Position numbers and translations under genes: made by a program. Under the pieces are notes generated by a model. The model was not told the DNA's origin. It was given only the letters and a program-made list of their open reading frames with translations, and did not search any database. A DNA stretch of 64,000 nucleotides from Magallana gigas (Eukaryota). The stretch covers positions 46,314,001-46,378,000 of the forward strand of contig NC_088856.1 in NCBI RefSeq assembly GCF_963853765.1. Reading direction: 5' to 3'. The first letter of the stretch is position 1, and the number at the start of each line of letters is the position of its first letter. Below are positions 1 to 12,133 of the stretch, piece after piece.

Positions 1-161
1 CGCCGTTTTCCACCAAAAATGCTAATTAGAATACACAGCCAAATGTAATACGTTTACAGTAATCAATTCAATTTCATTGGTAATATTTTTACTAATGTGT
101 TAGGAGTTTTTTTAATAAGTATATTAATTTTATTTATAGAAATATTGTATTGTACTGTATA

Positions 162-1296
162 CAGTGGTAACAACGTTATTGTTGACAAGCCAATCGTGTT
201 TAATAGTTCATGTAACGTGGGTGATCGTTCGTGTAACGTGCGGGATCGTGCGTGTATCAGGAAAAATAGTTTGCGTTTTTTATCGTGCGTGATCGTGCGT
301 TTTTTTCGTTTTGTAACTTTTTTTACGGAATGTCAGGATTTATTCTTAAAACAACGACAAGTAGTTTTTGTAAAACAATGTGAATTTTACTTTTTTCTCT
401 CTCTTTCGTGGTTAAATACATTTATGAAGTATTTCCACAGCTCATTCAATCCTTTGTTCGGTCGAGTTAGTTTTGCATAATGTTATAGTCAGCCTATATC
501 AAGCATCCATTGTGTCTTCACACATAATTTTAATCATATTAGCAAGAGCGGCACGTTGAATGAAAGCGGTCAAGCTTACCCACTCCCCGTTTTATACTAA
601 ACGATTAACCCCAACGTTTTTCTTTCAAATGAGAATTCGATGCGCATTCCTATCTGGTACATTGCGTTAACATTTTTTTGAAATAAAAAAAAATCATAGA
701 CGCTTTAAAATTAAAAAAAATAAAAATAAATCAATTATGTACTGTAAACAATGAAAATATTCAATGTGTAAAATCTAAATTCTATGGAACAAGGTAACAA
801 ATTTACCCCTATCTCGCATAATCAAATCGTACATAAGGGAACTGGATTACATAAACAGTCAAATTTCGTATAGTTAATGCATTATCTTCATTTTATTTAC
901 ACTTAAGTTATTATTCGTTATGGAGACAAAAAAAATTAATTTGTGTATAAATCATTTATTTTTTTGGTATAGATGTGTAAATTGTTTACTCGTAAAATAT
1001 TAAACATATCATTGCTACTGTACATGCCGCTTTTCAATATAACACAAACATAAAGCAATACAAATTAAAGCAATAATTTTTCTTAATGCTTATCTTAAAA
1101 ATTAATTTTGATTTTGCGTGTTTAATGGTGTAGAATCGTTCGGTTGCGTGTTTTATCGTTTTTGTTCGTGTATCTTGAAAATTCAGTAAGTTAGTGATCG
1201 TCCGTGTAACATGATTGATCGTTCGTGTATCGTGCGTGATCGTTCGTGTATCAGAAACGTGCGTGTCGTTTGTCAACAATAACGTTGTTACCACTG
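162..1296. mobile_element. Non-autonomous Tc1/mariner-like DNA transposon (MITE-like, ~1.1 kb)
   Basis: Perfect 27-bp TIRs: CAGTGGTAACAACGTTATTGTTGACAA (162-188) and its reverse complement (1270-1296). TA on both sides. No transposase ORF. Confidence 0.85.
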
Positions 1297-1468
1297 TACC
1301 TGTATGTACCATGTAACTTCTATTATAATCTTGGACTAGTGAAATTACAATATACAAACTTAAGGAATTATATTTTTCATCAAATATGGATAAGCCTTTG
1401 ATATTACCAGTATAAATACAATATTCATATTATTGTAAAAGAATTGCATGAATTTGATTTGCTTTCAG

Positions 1469-2174
1469 ATGTCAGCTATCACGGTTGGATGTTTAGATGC
1501 CTATAAGAAGTCTGTTGACACTACATGTGATTCGGTTGATAGCAGTATTAAGGTATAAATTGAACTTCCCAGATCTACCGGTACATGTATCAGAAACTGC
1601 AGAGAATAAAAATTTTTCAACAGAGGTACAGTATATGCATGTATCAGTACCACAAAAAAAACAGCTCACAGAAATAAGCCAGTCATGCAGTAATCACAGG
1701 ATTGTATACAGAAATATATGTTATACTAACTAGATGTATATGATATAAATATGTTTTATGATTTCAGTCGATGTATGCTCTTATGGCGAAATGCGAGGAG
1801 TTGAGTAAAAGCATGCAGCCTGTGTACCAGCTAGGCAATCAAATGTATCCTTTAAATGATAAAGGGCAAACAATTTATTAAAAGGGAGTACTAAATCGTA
1901 AATTTTTGGGTGGTGTTCTCCATTGTCTTTCAGTCCTGTTATCCTTTTGTTAAAAACTCTTTGATGATATAAAACTCAATGATAATATTAGGCTAACCTG
2001 TTTTTGATACGTTATCTTCTTTTATTAAGACATTCATATGTATAAAGAGATTACTGTATTATTAATGCATACCCTCATCTTCCTTAATTTGTACTCAGAA
2101 AAGAAATCAAGAGACTTTTGGACAGGTTTGAATCCCAGCTTTCAGAAAAAAGTGGCAAAACCAAGACAGGATGA
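1469..2174 (+). CDS. BORCS6: BLOC-1-related complex subunit 6 (lyspersin), last three coding exons; 5' part lies left of the window
   Basis: Exons 1469-1552, 1768-1844 and 2099-2174 have AG/GT junctions and consistent phases (0,0,2). They translate to MSAITVGCLDAYKKSVDTTCDSVDSSIK-SMYALMAKCEELSKSMQPVYQLGNQI-KEIKRLLDRFESQLSEKSGKTKTG*, which matches the BORCS6 C-terminal coiled coil as I recall it (..VDMSIKGMYTLLARCEEL..). Confidence 0.8.
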
Positions 2175-3282
2175 TTCTACAGTGCTCGTTACAATGAGAA
2201 GTAAACAACATTGGAGTCAACATCCAGTAGCTGTCAGTAAAATCCATCTTCAGTACACAGAGATTACCTGCAGGCCATTAGATTTGACTTTTTGTCCAGT
2301 GTTGTTCTTACTTTCAAATAATGCATTCCCAATATTGAAGAACTCATACTTGATAAACTATACATACATGTACAACCAACTACCCACAAGTTTTTTTACA
2401 CAGTTAAAAAACTGATTGGTTCAATGATGTACTTGGTTGTTTTGATTTTTTTTGTTTTAAAAGTTTAGCCCAGCGAATGTTATAAGAAACAGCTAGGAAG
2501 TAAACAAAGTTTCCTTGCAGTAGAAGATTTGATATAAAATTTTGTCAGGACAATATTCCAATACTCTTGCTCAGATATTAATTCAATTAAATGCTATATC
2601 TATTTAAAGCATGCTTGTCAATTTGTTTTTGATATTTACTAAAACTAGTGTACATAATTGCAGGGTCATGTGCAATATAATAATATTTTCCTTTTTTTAC
2701 CAGAAGAGCCTCAGTCATGTTATTTTCATTGTCATGTAACATTGGTGTCTCACTTACCAGGTACCTCATTTTAGGATATATGAAATAAGAGCATACAGTG
2801 TATATAAAAATAAAAAGATTTAATTAACAAACATTTTAAGTCTCATTTTATTTTTATACATGTACATAATCATGATGCTGAAGACAGAAATCACAATGTG
2901 GGATTTGCTTATTACATTATACATTCTATATGTATATTAAAAAAAAATTAATGATGAAATGATTTCCAAACAAACAGAAGTCTAGCTCACATTCATATCA
3001 TGTTCAACAGCAAACAATCTGTTTTTTGATAGAAAAAGTGTGCATAATCTGTCAGAATGAAATACATGTATCCATATGGTAGGATTTAGGATATAATGAA
3101 TATATTCTTCAAACCACCATAAATAAAACTTCATTTAAAATGCCAGCCATTAAAACTGATCTATTAATATGAAACACATCAGCTGTAGAGGGATTTGAAA
3201 ACAAAAGTCCAATGGATGGATGAATTCCCCTTTTAAGCATTCATGTATCGATCTTCAAATGGGAAATCACCACTTTCCCTAA

Positions 3283-3570
3283 ATTGTCTTCTCATTTCTG
3301 CCTTGTAAATTTTTCAAAATTATTTTTCCGAAAGATCCAATTTTTATGTGAACAGTCAACATTAGGATAACACCACTGTACAGTGGTTAGTTGGAACTTG
3401 GGTTTCTTTGTAATGTTCATGTATTGTCTTCTCATATCTGCCTCGTAAATTTTTCAAAATCATAACTCTAAAAGTTCCAGCATTTATGTGAACAGTCAAC
3501 ATTAGGATAACACAGCTGTATAGCGGTTAGTTGTCGGATAAGAACTTGCGTTTCTTTGTAGTGTTCATGT
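3283..3570. repeat. Two-copy tandem duplication (~140/148 bp) covering the IMP4 stop codon and proximal 3'UTR
   Basis: 3283-3422 and 3423-3570 align directly (ATTGTCTTCTCAT..TGTGAACAGTCAACATTAGGATAACAC..GTTCATGT). Confidence 0.85.
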
Positions 3571-6500
3571 ATGGCCTGTACACCCATTCTGTGTCAGCTG
3601 TGTCTACATTTTCTATGGTACCCAGGATTATCTGGTAAACTGTAACAAAGAGGGAAATAATTAAAAACAAAGTCCTAAGATCTTTAATATGAGGTCGAAA
3701 AAAAAAATCACTATAGGACAGAACATCGTAATATCTTTTTTATTATGCAGCCTTATCAGCACAAAGTTTGCTCCAAAAAATGCATAAATTTTTCACTGGA
3801 TATAAAATTGTGTTAATACTCACTTTTCATTTCAAATCTAGGCCCAACTTCTTGTAGTTCTATATCTTTTCCATTCTCTGTCTTCTTGTACACATGATGC
3901 CTGTCATAGGAAATGTTTGGTTGTAATCATTGTATGTATTGATTGTACATTGTATGCACACTTACATGTATCTACATTTATAATAAATTAAATCATTGCA
4001 TCAAATGTCTTATGACAGGCTTCTCGGATACTATGAGCATGAATACATGTGCATGTACAGATTTACTCTTTAGATAGTCTGACCCAGATTGGTTTGAAGG
4101 GAGATAAATATGGTTGACATGAATTCCAAAACTATCTGCCATGACTTTCACCTTTGACCTAGAATCTTAGTTCCCACCATTACAATCACTCTTTATGTAA
4201 AGCATGAGCCAGATAGGACCATGGGAAGAGAAAATAAGGTCCAGTATTTTTAAACACATCATTTATCTGTTATTACTTTAACCATTGAACAAGGAATTTG
4301 GTTCAAGGTCACTCCTCATCCTCTACCCAGCTGATCTCTGTGGGTCAAATATGACCCAAATAAGGCAAAGGGGAGAAAAAAGTGATTTGGACAGGTGATA
4401 ATGACACAGAGAGACTGATCACTATAAAGCACCTGCAGGGGTTTTATCTCCGAAATAACAACTGAAGTATAAATTACTATACAGTATCATATAAATTATT
4501 GCTGTTTATATAATACTGTGTATACATGTACAAGTACAGCTATTCTATATACAGAAAATATACATACATGTTTTAACATATATCGTAAACTGTCTATCCA
4601 TTAAAAAGCTTACCTAAATGAAATGAAATCATCATCATTGGCAAATGTAATCACTCTCTTACTTTCCTCCTTAGGGACTGGGAACAAATACTTCAGGATA
4701 CTCTTCACCTGTGTATCAAGAAATGCATAAAAGAGTTGGAATATTTTGTTCCTTATTTTTCATTTTCAAAATAACATGTAAATTTTTTTTATCTGAATGC
4801 ATACCATTGTGGGTTTTTTTAATACCAGTATGTCACAAAAGATCTATAATAAAATCTTAGTCTATTCACATAAACAGCTGAATATATACCGGTATGACAA
4901 AAATTTCGTCATGATGAAACAACCGACAAGCTTCCCTAACAAACATATCGTATTTCTTCCATGCATTGAAGACAATAATTTTACCCTGTTTCCTAGTCTG
5001 GATGAGAAGTTGTGGAAGATGAGATGGGGGAACTGTTCAGACATGGTTCCGACGTCGGGAATATCGTGTCGCATCACCACGTTGGACAGAGTGAAATACG
5101 CAGTGGGCCCGAACGGAAGGTGACACACTATGAGGCCGTCTGCAGAGAGAAAGCAGGGTTCATTTCAATATTCAGTCTTGTTTATCAAGTGGAAAATTAT
5201 TTCTGATAGGTATAATTTGATTAATATCTAGTACGTTATACATGTATATACAACTGCAATTCATGCACATTTTGTAAGTTTGAACAATGTCTGGGGTGCC
5301 TCATTCATACTGTATTAAAATGATTACCAAGATGGCATTCATGAAACAATGAGTTTTGCAATCTGTCTAAAGCATAGAGCTCTATTACGCTGTTATGGTA
5401 CTGTCATGTACTGAGGTCTTATGGCCACACAAAATCTTGTTTCACTTTTGAAGTCCAATTAACAAATAACTTAATAATTTTTTGGTCAAACTTTTCAAAA
5501 CCACAAGGCATTTATCAAATATTATTTTTCTTTAATATTTTTCTGATCAATTTTTTTAATGGCTTTAACTGATGGAAAAGAAAATCTTGAACAGAGTAAA
5601 AATAAGCCTAGAGTTAGATTTATTATATTGTTATATTGATTCACTCACCAGGAACACCTCTGTGTTCATGCAGTAAGATGAGATCGGTCACGTCGTTAGA
5701 ACGACACGCCTCCACCAGCTGTTTCACCTCGTAGTTACCACGGTTTATTCTCTGGCTGTTCGGGAAAATTAAACGCACCTCCTGGAATTCAAAGACAGCA
5801 GATTGAAAATATTTTTTCCGTAATTTGAAGCATAATTTTATCTAATCTTTTTATATGAAAATAAGGACAATATTTTCAGAGTGTACCTAATAGATTAACT
5901 TTATGAAAATTAATTTAATAAGAAAAATATTCACAATATATTTTTAATATCCAGTCCCAGACCAAACTTTAAAAATATATATACATGTATATGTAAAAAC
6001 ATTACAAATAACCTTTGCAAACTGTTTGAGTTTAGAGCTTGGATCCCTGGAGGTCGTGATCATGATTTTGGGATCCTCCACACCGGCCCATTTATACTCA
6101 TCATCCACATGGTTCACTATACCTGTAGTGAGAGAATGAAAAGTAGTACATGTATACAATGGATGTATGTTTTATTTTAGTGTGATGTCAAATTTCCTTT
6201 AATAATCAAATAAAATAATACTGATTTGGGAGGCTTCCTTTTTTCAATTATTAATTCAACATGACACCAACTTAAATAAGAAGATATATAATTCTAGCAA
6301 AATCTAGATGGTTTAAAGTAATATGATCAGGTACACTCTGGTTGAGAGAAACAGTGATTATGAAATCAGCTGAATAAGCCGATAAACTTTAACAAATCCT
6401 TTCCATATGGAGTAGTCTGTATGGTAGCCATGAGTCTGAGTGAGTGTCTGTATTGATCTGTGAGGTAGCCATGAGTCTGAATGAGATACAAACCTTCTCC

Positions 6501-6904
6501 CCCTGGACCTTCCCAGTCTAAGGTTTTCTGTATGCTTATTGCATCCTTCCTCAAGTCTGATGGGATCTCTTTATTGTCTGAAACAATTCATATCTCCAGT
6601 AAATTATCAATTGAAATCTTATAGAAAACATTTCACCTGTAGGTTTTCCTGAACTTTTTTTACAAGTAATATTAAATAATTCTTTCAATCATTTTATAAA
6701 TTTTAAGATATTTAGTTTTCATCAACAAATTGGGGTAACAATAGTAACGAAATAATGAACATGGCTTTAACACAAAAAATGAAGTCTTTATTTACCATCA
6801 AGCACTTGTTTTAGTCTCTGCTTTTTTTCTAGGATTGTTTTGTCTCTGTCTTCGATAGCTTTTCTGTATAGGTATTCCCTCCGCAAACGAGCTTGACGCC
6901 TTAT
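3527..6904 (-). CDS. IMP4: U3 snoRNP protein IMP4 (Brix domain), coding exons 2-9
   Basis: Exons on the minus strand: 6904-6796, 6577-6494, 6122-6013, 5781-5649, 5139-4985, 4708-4614, 3900-3824, 3639-3527. All are GT-AG and phase-consistent. Translation includes [67 protein letters not shown] and EVGPRFE. Length is 292 aa with an ATG-only first exon. Confidence 0.95.
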
Positions 6905-7878
6905 CTGAAAATTGAATGATTGAGAAATTTCATATTATACATTGTGCATGTTGTGAGCATCTTCATTTTTCACAGACCTTGTAATATCAATCTCTTCAAA
7001 GTTTTATTAAACACATACTTAGAAGACCAGTAATTCATTTTGATAGTCTTTATGGGTCCAGACGACCCCTTCTTAATCATAACTATGAGTCCCAAGCTGA
7101 AAAAATGAGTCCATATTTTTTCCATAATGAACAAGTTCTATTTATCTAAACTTACATTCTAAATGATCAAACTAAGAGACAGGCTTAGTGCTTAGTGTTT
7201 ATCACCACTATCATTTATTTCACATTCTGAATCAGAGTCCCTTCCAGCATTTGTTGTTAATATTAATGTCTGATTAACAGCCACTTGTCTACTTTTTCAT
7301 AAACTCTGATTAATCTACCCTGGTTCTGATGTAATTTTAGCTTCAAGGTTTTTATTTGGTGGCATCAAGATCAACATCAATTTTCCTGCAGTAATCATTA
7401 ATCATTAATGGTTAATACATTAAGTGTTGACAAATGAGGTTTCGGAACATTTCGGGCATCAACTAAGTAGGATTAGAAAGGAACGGTGTCCAGGAAAATG
7501 TGTATCGGTATTTCTAAATTTGATGCGTCCTTTAGGGTGCACATCATTTGTCCTGAGAATACGGTAATTTGTATGTGTTTCACACAGGACACATGCCAAA
7601 ATGAATCACTAGATGACATAGAGTTTGATGTTCCAGCCAGTAAGCACTAAACTGGGTTTATGATTTTACTGCGTCAGTTAAATTATATGTATCTTTTGTC
7701 TATGACAGAATGACCAGGTAGATTTAATAAAAAAAATTAACAAATTTGGATGGACCAATTATCACAACGAAATCTTATTCAAAACCTTTTTCTCCGTCTT
7801 CACCTGATTTATACATTATCCATACACATTAATACTAAAAAGGGATTTATAAACAAAACTATCTCAGGTAGAAAACCC

Positions 7879-8225
7879 AGTATATACCACAGGCACCTGA
7901 ATTTTTATCAATCAGTCGCTTAATAAGTCATATATCGAAAAATTATACCCCTGCTATATGTAAAGACACAGTGTATTTACATATAGAAGGGGTAGAATTT
8001 TTCGATAAATGACTTATTAAGCGACTGATTGATAAAAAATCCATATATGGCAAGAAAATAGGACTCTGTTTTGAGGTGATACTTTTGTACCCTAGGGTAC
8101 ACTCCTATATCTTTAAGGAGAAAAAGGGTTACAAGGAGGGTACAATGTAAAAGCATTGGAAAATGAAAGTAGCAAATTATTAAAGATACTTGTAGGTCAC
8201 TAAGGTACAGAGGGTACAGAGGGTA
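7879..8225. repeat. Diverged inverted copy of the flank of the 128-bp array element (homologous to 18395-18554)
   Basis: 8044-8109 aligns with the reverse complement of ~18459-18524 at about 86% identity. It also carries AGGGTACAGAGGGTACAATGG, the reverse complement of part of an array monomer. Confidence 0.75.
7902..8038. repeat. Near-perfect ~137-bp palindrome (hairpin-type insertion)
   Basis: 63-bp arms with 3 mismatches (TTTTTATCAATCAGTCGCTTAATAAGTCAT.. / ..ATGACTTATTAAGCGACTGATTGATAAAAA). Pairing continues almost to the centre at ~7970. Confidence 0.9.
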
Positions 8226-10317
8226 CAATGGTAATTTAACGTAATGACTGTATATCCTTACATAATAATCATGATTCTTAACATTAATTCATATATTCCT
8301 ATGTTATAAACAGAAATATGAAGCTCTATATTTGGGCTTGTATACCCAATGATTATTGAAATCAATTAGTAGTAAAAATACTGTAGGTGCATGTTTTTCT
8401 TTTTTGAAATATGTACAAAATCTGTACGTAAATATAGAAATATTCATTTCTTATGACATTTATATTGCAGGCTGTTATTTATGTCCATGGTAATTCATAT
8501 AAAAGATTTGCTTGGCAATGTGTTTAAAAATTACTGCTGATCTATATTGGAACATCCCTTACCTGAGAGAGTTGGATAAAATAATCCCGGGTAAATTCAT
8601 AATTAAGGTCATTTCCATGAGTTTTTCAGGATAAACTGTGAGGTCAGTAGCTTTTTTTTTTTTAAAAAAGGGTGATATCCTGAGAGAATATAAACATTTC
8701 ACTGAGACATGCTTCTCAACAAGTGACATACATGTATCTACATTTATTCTGCATGCAGGTGTTGTCAACAATATGTCTTTGAAGTTTGTATAAAAAAAAG
8801 GTGTGAAACTGTGAGTCCTTGCAAATAACATAAAATAGAGTTATACAGGTAAACCATACACATTGGAAAGTCCTTCAGGTGTGAAATGATTAACACCTTG
8901 CAATCAACATAGGACATATATATATATACAAGGACACGTATAGCTGGTGTCTTCCCAAAATTCAAAATTCAGAAATTTACACAGGTGACTGGTTTTGGCT
9001 AGGTGGGAATGGTGCACAGGTGGTTAGGGAAGGGAGAGAACAAAAGAAATTAATTACAGGTGACCTATAGTCCGTTTTAAAATGACCACAAGTGCTTTGA
9101 GAAAATTTTTGGGAATAAACTGTATCATAGTTACAGGCCAAATTAAAATTGTATTCCAGAAAAGTGCTAACACTTAACATGTTTTTTAAAGAAAAGAATT
9201 TATATAAACATTCACAATATTTAGCTAAAAAAACCTTTTTTCATATGTTATGTACAACATTAATTTTTATACAATTGAATATTTCTTCAAACGGAAAAGG
9301 ACATATTACCTAGATTCCATGTTTGCAATTAAATTAAATTATAACAAGTGACATCCCATCTAACTGTTCTTTAGTAAAATGTTGGCACAATTATATGATT
9401 GCTAGCTAGTGGCAGTATATGTACACCATTAAGTACTTAATTAAATTAAAGCAATAAAATTATTTTAAATCGTAATGAAGATCATCCTTTCTTGGCCTAG
9501 ATATATATTGTTTTTACTTTGCAAATTGTAATGAATTATCATCAGCATTATAAATTCAAAGTCGGAAAACTGATCTCATATTTTATTTTATTAATATGAG
9601 CAATGGAAAAATATGCTTAACCTGTTTGCTATAGCTAAGTATACATGTATATTTTGAATAAGCACCTTGCCTGGTGCACCTGGGTACAGGACACACCTGT
9701 TGTGTATATCTTGTATATTCTGTGTTAGTTCCATGGTTTTTTCTCCAGGTGAACAAACAATAGATTTTAATTAGATATACACAAACATATAAACAAGTCT
9801 AGACACACAAGCAGTAAAATTTTATCATGGGAAATAGTGACTTTTTACATACATGCATTTTTTTCCACAGACCTTAAGTCTAGCAGATTTAGCATCTAAA
9901 ATCAGTATCTATAGAGATTATTAAAATTGAGAAACAAAATGCATTAAAGCCATAACTTGAATAGTACATTAAATCATTTTATACTACTACCAATTCTTTT
10001 TTTAAATTTAAACAATATTGAATTATGACATAACAGGATTGGGCCACAGGCACTCTGAAATTTTATTTTTAAATTTGTTTCATAAGATTTTTCCTAAGAC
10101 ACATATTATAAAGATTATATATTAAATAGTATTTAATAGTTTTATTAGCAATGTAAATGCATGTTCAGAGTAACAAGCACCAATTTTGTTTTTTACTGAT
10201 CAATAAATCTTATTTCTGAGGACATTGTGTATATACAAATAAATTCGTTAAAGACATTTTACAATATGATGATATGATGTTTCATAATTTAAGATAGATT
10301 TAAGATAAGTTATAACT

Positions 10318-10593
10318 CATAGGCGTTGGAACTGGGGGGGGGGGGGAGGGATAGCATCAGAGGGTTCATCCCCCCACTTTTTCTCGCAGCAAAGATAATT
10401 GTTCCTAAATTTACCTAAAAAGATGGAAATATTGAGAAGTTGGAGTCATCGGTATACTAGACCCCCCCCCCCCCCCCCCCACACACACGGATTAGGATTT
10501 TTTTTTCCTTTTCTTGCTTGTCTAGATTTCTGAGGATTAGTCTAGCCCCCACCCACTCACCCACCCACTTTCAATTTGCTTCTGACGCCACTG
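10318..10593. mobile_element. MITE with poly-G/poly-C tracts, family shared with 46993-47395
   Basis: Imperfect TIRs CATAGGCGTTGGAA / TTCTGACGCCACTG. 5-bp direct repeat TAACT on both sides. Confidence 0.75.
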
Positions 10594-11447
10594 TAACTGA
10601 ATTAGGATATGTTCCTAATTAAGATTTGCTACAGCTGTTTTTACAACTTTTTGGGCACAGACTTATCATAATTAACAGATTAATACTCATATTTAGCTAG
10701 GCCCTGCTTATGTCAATTTTTTAAGTCTAAATTTGCATACATGTACCCATCCAGTAAATTCTTTTTTCATTTGATATATACTGTAAATTAAAACTTTTAA
10801 AGTAAATTAATTAATGTAAAGCTTAATTAACAAACATTTGAAGAGTAAAACCTGTAAATAATGTGCAGTGTCTACATTCAATGACATCTTGATGTACATT
10901 ATGTGTAGAGAATTTTATATTTACATTATTGCATGCCTGGCCGTACATGAGTATATTCAGATAAAGAAATCAAATTTATTTGATATAGAGAGATCGAATC
11001 CTATTCCTAAGGTTTTTGGTGTCACATCTCTATTTCAAATATAGTTCTGAAAACAATGTTAATTAACATTCACTAGCTAGGATGTATGATATCGACTGCC
11101 TATAAAACCAATTGATTAAAAACATTTAAATTGTCGCAGCTACATGTTGCAGCTACATGTTGATTTTTAGTCTAGTACATTTTTTGTCTACTTCTTGGCC
11201 CATTTAAATAATCTGTGTTAACTATAATAAGTTCTTAATCCTATATTAAAAAGGCAAATTAGACAATTTAGACTTAAAGGTAGGCCTAGGTGGAATGGAA
11301 CTTTTGAAATATTACCTCAATGTAAGCATTTTTTTCTTTTGGTATGGTTTACATCAAAGATGGGGGTGTTTTAGGCAAAAAGAAAACGACACAACCAAAT
11401 TCACCTGATAGAAGAATCTAGGAAGAATTACAATAATTCCGAATGGA

Positions 11448-12133
11448 ACAGCTAGCATTCCTTCGAAGGATCTAGCATTTGATACTCTTAAATCAAATTA
11501 AGAGAGCCAGGATTCTTCTATAGCGCTGTAACTAATTCATAGTCTCTGACCTACATCACCTCCACCCCTCCCCCCTCCCTATATAAAATCAAAGTACTGA
11601 AGTACTGAAAGCCGGGCTCTTTTGGTGTCATTATGCATATTGTGTAGTAAAGACTGAAAATCTCTCTCTCTCTCTCTCTCTCATGCTTTTGTCGGGATAG
11701 CGTCAAAGAGCGACCAAATGTTGTAAGCGGCTTTAAACAAAAATATGTCTCTCTAGTAGAAAAAAGATTAACAGTTGCTGCTTTGAATTTTGCAAGAAGC
11801 GTTATATATACAACCCCCATTTTTTCAACGTACAGTAAAGTAGTTCTTGGAAATTCATGCGCATTGTATGTTTCCAAAATGCATAGTCTTGTTTTTAAAA
11901 CACGTTATTGATAAGAAAACTAAAACAGATAGACAATTCTCTCGAAAATAAAAAAAAAATAAAACAAAATGCCAACACTTTTGACAAAACTTGGCTCTCT
12001 GTGTAACTATTTAGTATGGCGGAAGCTTTTACTTTGACGCTGTTTGGTTTTTTGTTTACTTTGCTATTTATAGTAACATTGGCGATTTGCCTGCCTAGAG
12101 CCAGGACTCTGCTTTCAGCAGAGCCCGGCTAAA
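11448..12133 (-). mobile_element. Putative non-autonomous Helentron-like (HINE/DINE-1-type) element
   Basis: Terminal hairpin AGCCAGGACTCTGC-TTTCA-GCAGAGCCCGGCT (~12100-12130). Internal inverted partner AGCCGGGCTCT (~11610). (TC)n microsatellite at ~11661-11682. Stem-loop GCTAGCATTCCTTCGAAGGATCTAGC at the other end. Confidence 0.5.

Noticed and set aside
97-1357. ORFs 97..480 (+) and 1034..1357 (-)
   Set aside because: They arise from the subterminal repeats of a non-autonomous transposon and have no recognisable domain.
12016-12131. Short hydrophobic ORF MAEAFTLTLFGFLFTLLFIVTLAICLPR.. resembling a signal peptide
   Set aside because: It lies inside a putative Helentron-like repeat and ends in its hairpin. 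T-rich sequence explains the hydrophobicity.
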